A stretch of DNA of 64,000 bases from Octopus vulgaris. Taxonomy: Eukaryota. Position 1 is the first letter of the stretch, and the number at the start of each line of letters is the position of its first letter. Below the pieces are notes generated by a model, which made no database searches, was not told where the DNA came from, and saw only the letters and a list, made by a program, of their open reading frames with translations. Shown one piece after another: positions 54,044 through 64,000 of this stretch. A program made the position numbers and the translations under genes. The stretch is from positions 38,564,001 to 38,628,000 of the forward strand of contig OX597824.1 of the NCBI GenBank assembly GCA_951406725.2, read 5' to 3'.

Positions 54044-55410
54044 GTATATCTAAGAATGGTGTTTTATACTCTGGAATGAAAACACAGATAAACTCCTAAA
54101 ATTCGAAAACCTATTGAACAGCATCAACCCAAATATACAGTTCACAATGGAATACAACCAAAAGGAGCTTCCATTCTTAGATATACTACTTAAAAAAATT
54201 AACCTTAAAATAGAAACAGACATTTTTTACAAAGCCACAGACGCTAAACAATACCTACTTTTTGATTCATGCCACCCAAGACACACTAAAACAAACATCC
54301 CTTTCAACCTTGCAAGAAGGATATGCACAATAGTGTCAGAACAAAATACCAGGAACTTTAGACTACAAGAACTCAAAAACACCTTAATTGACAGACACTA
54401 CCCAGCTCAACTCATAGAGGATGGGATCAGACGTGCAACAGAAATCGACATAGAAACTTTGAGAAAAGTTCAACACAACACACCTTCCCCGAAAATACTG
54501 CCTTACATATCCACATACAACCCCAGAAACAAAGAAACCTTCTCCATCATCACCCAGAATTTACCAATACTTCATAAGGACCCCAAATTAAAGGAAATTT
54601 TAAACATACATAAAATCATTAAAAGCTACAAACAACCTAAATCACTTAAAAAGATTCTCACAAAGGCAAAATTATTTTCTGAAATTACGGATACAAAAGT
54701 AAAAAAATGTGGTAGACCAAACTGCGCAATATGCCCAAACCTTCTAGAAGGATCAGAATTCCTCTTCAAAGGTCACAAAAATTCAAGATCAAATCTAATT
54801 TTACTTGTGCTTCTGAAAACATAATTTATGTCATAAGATGCTCGGGGTGCCTCCAAAACTACGTGAGGTCCACGGGACTATCACTCAGACGTAGATGCAC
54901 ACTGCATCGACAACAGATTGCATTCCCAGAATACAGAATGATACCCTTTAGTGAGCATATTGAGAAATGCGCAAAGCATCTACTACCACAATTTTTAATC
55001 TTTCCATTTTATCAATGTGCTATTGGAACACCAACACAAATTAGACTAAACAACGAAACATTCTTCATTGAAAAATATAAGCCCAAACTTAACCACTCTA
55101 ACATTCGTATACAGAGAAACTCACGCCATTAAATAAAAGGGACAAGAAATATAAAGCGATTATCTCCCTTACACCGGAAGAAATCACTTATTACCTCCCC
55201 TTACCTGGAACTCTTCTTTACACTTCATAACGAAGACATAACACGATGTTTTGAGAAATTTGAAAAGTTAACACGAAACCGGTAATTTCTTCAAAAACTA
55301 TGTCACTGTATGAAAAAATGTTATAACATTCTTCTGACATAATGACTCAAATATATTTTTTAACCTTTTAAAACAAGCCTTCTGTAGTTTTTTCACTTTT
55401 TACTATTTTC
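54041..55410 (+). mobile_element. 5'-truncated Penelope-like element (RT C-terminus, Cys-rich linker, GIY-YIG, HHR-bearing 3' UTR) between (TA)n tracts
   Basis: IQFTME..LPFLDI..TDIFYKAT..YLLFDSCHP..NIPFNLARRIC; CGRPNCAIC; frameshift near 54775; FTCASENIIYVIRCSGCLQNYV.ST..LRRR..LH. Confidence 0.9.
55254..55290 (+). ncRNA. Minimal type I hammerhead with a U3-A8 core variant in the Penelope 3' UTR
   Basis: AGAAAT-TTGAAAA-GT-taac-AC-GAAA-CCGG-TA-ATTTCT. Stem I extends by TTTTG/CAAAA and GACATA/TATGTC. Confidence 0.65.
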
Positions 55411-55421
55411 TATATATATAT

Positions 55422-55840
55422 AGGCGCAGGAGTGGCTGTGTGGTAAGTAGCTTGCTTACCAACCACATGGTTCCGGGTTCAGTCTCACTGCGTGGCACCT
55501 TGGGCAAGTGTCTTCTGCTATAGCCTCGGGCCGACCAAAGCCTTGTGAGTGGATTTGGTAGACGGAAACCGAAAGAAGCCCGTCGTATGTATGTACATAT
55601 ATATATATATGTGTGCGTGTATGTTTGTGTGTCTGTGTTTGTCCCCCTAGCATTGCTTGACAACCGATGCTGGTGTGTTTACTTCCCCGTCACTTAGCGG
55701 TTCAGCAAAAGAGACCGATAGAATAAGTACTGGGCTTACAAAGAATAAGTCCCGGGGTCGAGTTGCTCGACTAAAGGCGGTGCTCCAGCATGGCCGCAGT
55801 CAACGGACTGAAACAAGTAAAAGAGTAAAAGAGTAAAGAG
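55422..55840 (+). mobile_element. SINE family A, full-length reference copy
   Basis: Head GGCGCAGGAGTGGCTGTGTGGTAAG (A box) ... GGGTTCAGTC (B-box-like); tail (AAAAGAGT)n. Confidence 0.92.
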
Positions 55841-56124
55841 TATATAAATAAGGATGAGATCGTTAATCTAAATATCGATCTTATCAAGTGGGCAGCATGG
55901 GAATAAAAACCTTCAAAGGTAATAATTATTATTAAAATTATGATTTAGGGTATCTAAGAGATACCTCCACGCTGGAAATAGCAGCCAAAACTGAACTCTA
56001 AAACCACATTAAATGAACATTTATACCCTAAATTATAATTTTAAATGGAAAACTCCGAGTAACAGATTTTGTTACATTTCTGCTGCTTTTAAATAAAGTG
56101 TATATATATATATATATATATATC

Positions 56125-56452
56125 CATTATTGCTTTTGTATTTCACGTTTTTTGTATTTCATTATTGTTTTTGTTTTTTATATTCGTGTGGCACCGTCCG
56201 TTTTGCTGTCCCTTTTGCATTCGATCCTTCTTCCAGGAAATCTACGCTCCTAGCTTAGTTTTTCTAATGCTCGTTGCTTAGTTTTTCCTGGAGGGCTGGC
56301 CGGTTCTAGTAATCTCAAGATTAATCAGCCGAAATTACTACGATGATCCGGTTCTTGACTGAAGACTGAGGGCTTCGAATGTCCTGTCTGTGTTTGTTGT
56401 ATCGTCTTCTAAGTTTTTATGCGTTCTTGTCTCAGTTTGTATTTTTCTACAT
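56125..56452 (+). mobile_element. Non-autonomous (TA)n-flanked element carrying a scrambled HHR-like motif (copy 2)
   Basis: Homologous to 6188-6524, with (TA)n on both sides. Confidence 0.75.
56294..56365 (+). ncRNA. Candidate non-circularly permuted hammerhead ribozyme (copy 2)
   Basis: Order: GGCTG(56294-98), TAGTAA-TC(56307-14)-TCAAGA, ttaat, CAGCC-GAAA-TTACTA(56340), TCTTGA-CTGAAGA(56359-65). Stem III is a perfect 7 bp. Confidence 0.68.
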
Positions 56453-56490
<38 letters not shown>

Positions 56491-56511
56491 CATATATATA
56501 TTATATATATG

Positions 56512-56557
<46 letters not shown>

Positions 56558-56666
56558 CATATGCAAAAGTTTTGAAATATCTTTCTCGTTTTACGCCCGT
56601 TTTTTTTTTTTAGTTAGGTCGCATATCTTCGAACCAATCATAAACGTAGGTACATACATGTAATAT

Positions 56667-57053
56667 ATTCTTTTATTCTCTTACTTGTTTTAGTCATTTG
56701 ACTTCGGCCATGCTGGAGCTCCGCCTTTACTTGAACAAATCGATCCCAGGACTTATTCTTTGTAAGTCTTGTACTTATTCTATCGGTCTCTTTCGCCGAA
56801 CCGCTAATTTACGGGGACGTAAACACACCAATATCGGTTATCAAGCGATGGTGGGATGACAAACACAGAAATCCAAACATATACACACATACGACGGGCT
56901 TCTTTCTGTTTCCGTCTATCAAACCCACTCACAATGCCTTGGCTGGCCCGAGGCTATAGAAGAAGACTCTTGCCCAAGGTGCCACGCAGTGGGACTGAAG
57001 CAAGAACTATATGGTTGGGAAGCAAGCTTTTTACCGCACAGCCACAGCTGCGC
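56667..57053 (-). mobile_element. SINE family A
   Basis: Reverse complement of the reference copy. Confidence 0.88.
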
Positions 57054-57339
57054 CGTTATGTGTGTGTGTGTGCGTGTGTGTGTGCGTGTGTGTGTTTGTG
57101 TGTATGTGTGTGTGTGCACGAGAAGTCAAAAATTATCAGCACTTTCTCTATAGCATATCTTTATTATTGTCACACAGCCTTCTGTACATGTGTACTTATC
57201 GTTGGTACTTGATCGAAGTTTGGTCATTTGATCGAAGTTCACTTAATCGAAGTTTGAGCCTGATCGCGCCATTTTTCCTTCTGATTCTACAGTGTAATCA
57301 CGGCCACAATGTGCAGAAAAAAAAAGCAAAGAGCAGTGA

Positions 57340-57543
57340 TCCGGAAGGTGTGCCAGGTTCTGAAAATCATCCACGATGAGCTGCACTTTCGTAAAGTCTG
57401 TGCAAGATGGGTGCTGAGTGAGTTACTCCAGAGCACAAGCGCAAACGTCTTAAGGTCTGTAATGTTTACTTGACCGCTACAGCAATGAGGGTGAGGAATT
57501 TTTGAGCCGAATAGTCACAGGAGATAAAACGAAAGTCCATCAT
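57340..57543 (+). pseudogene. Mariner transposase fragment
   Basis: KIIHDELHFRKVCARWV..RYSNEGEEFLSRIVTGDKTKVHH. Confidence 0.75.
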
Positions 57544-57689
57544 AGGATATGTAGCCTACAACGGCGAGGTCTATAGTTCAGGACTGAGTGTTATACAATC
57601 TATGGAAACGGGGATAAGCCCCTATTTCAATAAGTCTACGCTTTTGAATTTGAATTTAACAGAGATTTCTATAGTAGTATAAACTAGAC

Positions 57690-57722
<33 letters not shown>

Positions 57723-57784
57723 GATAGATAGATAGATAGATGATGGATGGATGGACAGACATACAGACAGACAGATAGACAGAC

Positions 57785-57894
<110 letters not shown>

Positions 57895-58509
57895 GGCGAT
57901 GGCTGGTCAGTTTTACGAGATAGCAACTGGAGCATTTACAAATAACAACCATGTGAACTAATAATTATAGGTACCAATGTGGATGTGTAATCTTTACAGA
58001 GGATCTGTAAACTTGGAAGCAGCTGTCCGTAAATATTCTCTTTGTCAATGATTTTGAAAAAATATAAGTGCTCACATCTACAGGACTGCTGACCTCTATA
58101 GCTGTACAGAATTTTTTCTTTTCAGTCCTAAACAGCTACATCAAGCTTGTTATGTTTACAATTGACAGAAGTTTTGATGTATATGCTCGCGCGCGTGTGT
58201 GCGTGCATGGGTTATAATTATTTTGTTTGCATGACTTTTTACCGACTCTTTCGCTTAATGTCTTCTAAGGTCTCTTCATTTATATCTTTGTTGCTTTCTA
58301 TTTTTTCTTTCATTGAAATGATTGACCTTGTCTAAGGACGTACTTTTCTTCCACTTATTTTCAATATTTTTCTCGTTTTCTTTTCTTTTTTCTTTTTTGC
58401 AATCTATTTTCATCTATATGTATCTCTATGCATGTATTTATTTATTTGTATACGTATGTGAGTTCGTTCTTGCACACACACACTCACATGCACACACACA
58501 ATACACACC

Positions 58510-58790
58510 AACAAACCAGAGACCCTGAAGGAGGACATCAATAGTGAAATCAGAGAAGTGGGGGTTGAAACTCTTGAGGGTGTATTGGTGCAAGATTTGG
58601 AAAGAGCACGGGCGTGCGAAGCCAAAAATGGCTGCCATTTAAGCGATATCATTTTTCATATGTTTTGCAGTGGTGTTGCAAATTTGACTTATGCATATTA
58701 ATCTCCATTATGTCCTTTATATTGAATCAAAATTTTATGCATTTATTTATAAAGTTAAGGGAGTTATTAAAAATTGACACCCATCAGTTA
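58510..58790 (+). pseudogene. Tc1/mariner-superfamily transposase C-terminus and right end
   Basis: KPETLKEDINSEIREV..ERARACEAKNGCHLSDIIFH. Confidence 0.6.
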
Positions 58791-59284
58791 TATACACTGG
58801 TTATATACACTGGTAATGTAATCTAAGGATGTATATTAAGTTCATTTTATAATCTAATATCGGTTCAACAGTTAATTGTTCCCTAACCTGCAAGAAACTG
58901 AGTGTTCTAAGGGTATAAAATTTTACTGGAAAAATCAAAATCTATTAAGACACCCCATTCAATATACAACCTTCGCTACATGCTTCTAGACTTCAAGCTA
59001 TTACGTTAATTACACAGTCATTACTTCTATTGCCCTTATTACTTTTTCATTTAAATATATTTATTATTAAGTCAACGTCCTGTGTTTCCTAATATTTGTC
59101 TCTAATGAATTAAGAAATTTTTTCTACGTTAATGTTTTCACTCCTAAGTTAAATCTTGTCCTCTCTCCTATCCACAGTTTACTTCGTATTTTCCGTCGTT
59201 CCCGCCCGCCAACATTTTTTTTATATTTCCATTCTCCATCCTACGCTTGTCACACCAGACTTGTCTCTCTATACAAATTTTTTA

Positions 59285-59486
59285 TCGTTTACATTTTACT
59301 TGTTTCAGTTATTAGACTGCAGCCATGTTATTAGACTGCCTTCAAGAATCTTAGTTGAAGAAATCGACCCCATTAATTATTGTTTTATAAAGCTTGGTAC
59401 TTGTTCTGTCGGTCTCTTTTGCCGAATCGCTATGATACAGGGACGTAAACACACGAACATCGGTTGTCAAGCGGTGGTGGACTACA

Positions 59487-59559
<73 letters not shown>

Positions 59560-59687
59560 GACGGGCTTCTTTCAGTTCCTGGTCACCAAATCTACTGACA
59601 AGGCTTACCGAAGGTACCGTGCAGTCGGACTGAACCCGGCATCATGTAGTTGGGAAGAAAAGTTCTTATGACATGCTCACGCCCGCG
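59285..59687 (-). mobile_element. SINE family A, diverged
   Basis: Family A tail, body and head motifs. Confidence 0.75.
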
Positions 59688-59943
59688 TATATTTTCCGAA
59701 TAAAATCAGTTTAAAGCGATATTTATTGATGGAAAACTTAATTCTGTTTTTCTCTACCTTTCTGTCTTTGATTAATTTCTTGAAAAATATTTTCCGTACA
59801 TTATTTTTGTAACTACATTTTCCCTTAGAAGACTGATAGAAATATATCACTTTCGTTATGAAGATATAAGATTAATTTACGGCGCTTTCTATGTCTTACT
59901 CCCTTTATTTGATAACGTGTATCAGTGATTCCACTACCCCTTC

Positions 59944-60155
59944 ATACATACATACATACATACATACATACATACATACATACATACATACAAACATACA
60001 TACATACATACATACATACAAATATGTACGTATATATATATATGCATATATATACATACATATATACATATACATATATATACCTATATACATATATGTA
60101 TATATATTTATATATACATACATGCATATACACACACATATATATACACACATGC

Positions 60156-60187
<32 letters not shown>

Positions 60188-60330
60188 ATATATATACATA
60201 CATGCATATATACATATACATACATGCATATATACATATACATACATATATATACACATATATACATACATGCATATATATATATACACATGCATATATA
60301 TACACATGCATATACATATATACATACATG

Positions 60331-60370
<40 letters not shown>
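59944..60370. repeat. Compound (TACA)n/(TA)n microsatellite
   Basis: Direct reading. Confidence 0.95.
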
Positions 60371-60374
<4 letters not shown>

Positions 60375-60408
60375 GCATACACACAGAGGAATAAAGATAA
60401 ATATATAT

Positions 60409-61595
60409 TATAAGGTCAGCTGTAAAGTTCATAGGATGACCAAGATACTTCCATGAAATGTGGCCAATTGAGGCTTACATTTCAACATGGTCCCCCTTGT
60501 GGTCCATATACTTCTTCCATCAGTGTAGCAGTGCTTGGTTCTCATTGGTGATGAAACTTTCATCCTTTTGGACAGAAAAGTCATCAATAGTAGGCATGTC
60601 ATCATCACTGCGATACTGATTCTCAATGAAGTGTTTTTTGTATTTTTTTTTTCATATTGAAGAAGACAGTCAGATAGGCAGATTGGGCCAAATCAGATGA
60701 ATAGGCACGATGACGACCCAGTTCAAATCCACGGTCATGCACATCAACCAATGAAACTAAGGACTTGTGTGCTGGAGTATTGCCCTGATGAAACAAGAAC
60801 CATTTCGTCAGATTTCCTGGGCGTTTGGCCTTACTAGCCTTTCGTAACTACCTCAGCCTTTCATAATTGGCATAGTACTCTCTGTTGATGGCGTGGCTGT
60901 TTTGAAGATAGTCAATAAACGCAATGCCTTTTGCATCCCTAAAAACTTTTTTAAAAAAACTAAGGCTTTCGACTTCCCTGCATATGAAACGGCTCTGGTC
61001 TTCTTTGGAGCAGGTGAGGAGGGGATGTTTCCACTGCATGGATTGTCACTTTATCTCTGATTCAATGTGATGGAGCCAGTAATTATCCTGGGTTAGGAAA
61101 CGTTCAAGTAAACTAGCTGGATCTGCCTCAAACAGTGTCAGATTTTCCCGTGATGTGATCAGTCTGGTGCCCTATATGTCGCACCCATCGAATAAAAACC
61201 TTCATCCTTGCCAAACTCGTTGTGCATAATATTCTCAACACTCTCACAGAATAGCATTGGCTATTTGATTTATAATCAGTTGCCTGTTTTGCATCATCAT
61301 ATTTTGCCCTGTTGATAAAACTGGAGCATCATCCCCAAATGTAGGAACCCTGTCAGCATAAATGTACTTTGGGGCTAAAGCCATTTCCTGCAGGTAGTTG
61401 ATGATACCACGATGTCAAATTTGTCCATTTCCAAGAGAAGTCGCTACAAGTTAAACAGTTAGATGCCTTCCTGAAAAGAAACAATGCATTTACTAATAAG
61501 AAGAGTAAAAATTAATAGAAAATAATGCATGCAAAATTTCACATCTCTAGCATCACTTCATAGTCAGCCTATGAACTTTTCAGCTCATCCTCGTA
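60409..61595 (-). mobile_element. Decayed mariner-like element with both TIRs
   Basis: Left AGCTGTAAAGTTCATAGGATGAC mirrors right GTCAGCCTATGAACTTTTCAGCT. Minus-strand remnants include DAKGIAFIDYLQNSHAINREYYANY and an MDK start near 61428. Confidence 0.8.
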
Positions 61596-61634
61596 TATAA
61601 TTACACGCACACACACATATACAGATACAACCAA

Positions 61635-61638
<4 letters not shown>

Positions 61639-61726
<88 letters not shown>

Positions 61727-62048
61727 GTATGTGTCTTTATTCATTGACAATGTATATAAATTAACAATTAGTCTTACTCGATATGTATGACTTTGTAAGC
61801 ACTTCAAATCGTAATTAAATGCCAAGTATATTAACATGCTAGACACGGGAAAATATAAATTCATCCATCCGTCCATCCATCCATCCATCCATCCATCCAT
61901 CCATCCATCAATTCATCCATCCATCCATCCATCCATCCATCCATCCATCCATCAATTCATCCATCCATCCATCCATCCATCCATCCATCCATCCATCCCA
62001 TCCATCCATCTATGTTTAAAGGCGTACATATATACTTACATATTTTTA

Positions 62049-62129
<81 letters not shown>

Positions 62130-62443
62130 TTACATACTTTTAGACATATATACATACATGTATATACTGACATAGTTTTAGAAATTTAAACATACTTATA
62201 TACGTATACATACACATGCATACATACATACACACATACTTGTATAGTTAACAACATACATACATACATACGTGCATACATGCATACATACATACATACA
62301 TACATACATACATACATACATACATACATACATACGTGCATACACACATACATACATACATACATACATACATACATGCATACATACATACATACATACA
62401 TACATACATACTACAAACATACATACATACATACATACATACA

Positions 62444-62470
<27 letters not shown>
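61639..62470. repeat. Microsatellite cluster (CA)n, (CCAT)n, (TA)n, (TACA)n
   Basis: Direct reading. Confidence 0.95.
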
Positions 62471-62474
<4 letters not shown>

Positions 62475-62928
62475 CTACAGTCTTATATAGATGTATATTT
62501 TACAGGTGGGTGTACAAGTGTACACGGCAGGATTGTCAATTAACATAACCGTGTAAATAGCATAATAGATGAGGAGGAGGGTGGCAACCGGTTGATTTAT
62601 TGTTTTTTTAACAGATCTATGACAAAGCTAGCTGGCTTGGACTTAGTGTTAAAATCCATCCATCACAGCTAATGTCCATTATGTCCAGCGTCTATCATCT
62701 CAAGTTGACCCCTGCTGGCCAAATGTGTAAAATGTCTCCAGAGATGAGAGACTCTCATATAAGTGTAGTTAGTTATTTTTTGTGCTTATATTATTACTAT
62801 TTCTGTTGTTATTATTATTGTTATCATCATCATCATCGTCGTCGTCGTCGTGGTCATCGTCGTCGTCGTCGTCGTCATCGACACCATCACCACCACCACC
62901 ACCACCACCACCACCTCCACCACCATCG

Positions 62929-62962
<34 letters not shown>

Positions 62963-62975
62963 TATTGTTTATCAC

Positions 62976-63026
<51 letters not shown>

Positions 63027-63039
63027 AATGACTCGCTTT

Positions 63040-63472
63040 TTAGAATCGTTAGCACGTCCGGCAAAATGCTTAGCGGCATTTCCTCCTTCCTTACGTTCTG
63101 AGTTCAAATTCCGACAAAGTCGATTTTTGCCTTTCATCCTTTCGAGGTCGATAAAAGAAGTACCAGTTAAACACTGGAGTCGATGTGATTGACTCATCCC
63201 CCCCACACACACACAATAGCTGCCCTTGTGGAAAAATTTGAAACCACTATTATTATTATTAAGATAGCAAACTGACAGAATCGTTAGCACGCGGGGCAAA
63301 ATTCTTACTAGCATTTCTTCAGTCTTTACGTTCTTAGTTCAAATGCCACTGAAGCCGACTTTGCTTTTCATTCTTTCGGAGTCGATTACATAAGTACCAG
63401 TTGAATACTGGGGTCAATGGAGTCGACTTATCCTTTCCCCTGAACTTGCTGACCTGTTTCCAAAATTTGAAA
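63040..63472 (+). mobile_element. Two adjacent diverged SINE family B copies (tail type 2)
   Basis: AGAATCGTTAGCACG..GTTCAAAT..TTTCAT.CTTTCG..GTCGAT..AAGTACCAGTT occurs twice. Confidence 0.8.
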
Positions 63473-63502
63473 TCATCACCATCATCGTTCTCGTTACCAT
63501 TA

Positions 63503-63571
<69 letters not shown>

Positions 63572-63576
63572 TATTA

Positions 63577-63659
<83 letters not shown>

Positions 63660-63698
63660 GGTGGTGGTGGTAGTAGTATTTTTAAGTATTATTACAGT

Positions 63699-63930
63699 GG
63701 CGTGATGGCGGGATCAATATCAGAAGGCATCAAGAGGAATATAAAGGAATTTGGAATAGAGTGCCCATTAGAACTGTTACAAAAGTTTTGCCTCCTCGGC
63801 ACGGCCAGAATAATCAGGAAAGTATTAGATAGCTGAAAAGAGCGACTAGCATGGTACCGTTGGCTGCAGGTGGTAAGACTGCTACGCATGCAAGATTCCA
63901 GGAGCTCCAACAAAACCTGTGATAAAGAGC
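63699..63930 (+). mobile_element. 3' end of an RLE-type (R4/Dong-like) non-LTR retrotransposon followed by (CTA)n
   Basis: 63699-63836 encodes GVMAGSISEGIKRNIKEFGIECPLELLQKFCLLGTARIIRKVLDS*, resembling the LQK..LLGTARIIRKVL terminus of R4-clade elements. A short UTR then runs into (CTA)n. Confidence 0.7.
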
Positions 63931-63950
63931 TACTACTACTACTACTACTA

Positions 63951-64000
<50 letters not shown>

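Overview
AT-rich, microsatellite-saturated eukaryotic DNA. The SINE families and repeat landscape suggest a cephalopod (Octopus-like) genome; this is an inference. I found no intact host gene, rRNA, true tRNA gene or CRISPR array, and nearly all short ORFs in the track are translated microsatellites or SINEs. Identifiable content: three tRNA-derived SINE families in many copies; a 5'-truncated Tx1/L1-clade LINE with two nonsense mutations and a 20-bp TSD in a (TATC)n tract (49277-52583); Penelope-like (RT + GIY-YIG) fragments; RTE, R4/Dong-like and probable DIRS-like remnants; decayed Tc1/mariner elements and MITEs; and non-autonomous Helitrons. The most interesting signal is RNA-structural: several hammerhead ribozyme (HHR) motifs sit in Penelope termini and in small microsatellite-flanked non-coding elements. 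One two-copy family (6363-6435 and 56294-56365) has every HHR core nucleotide and all three helices in a scrambled, non-circularly permuted order, with a compensatory base-pair change between copies. All structures were read by eye and none has been tested.
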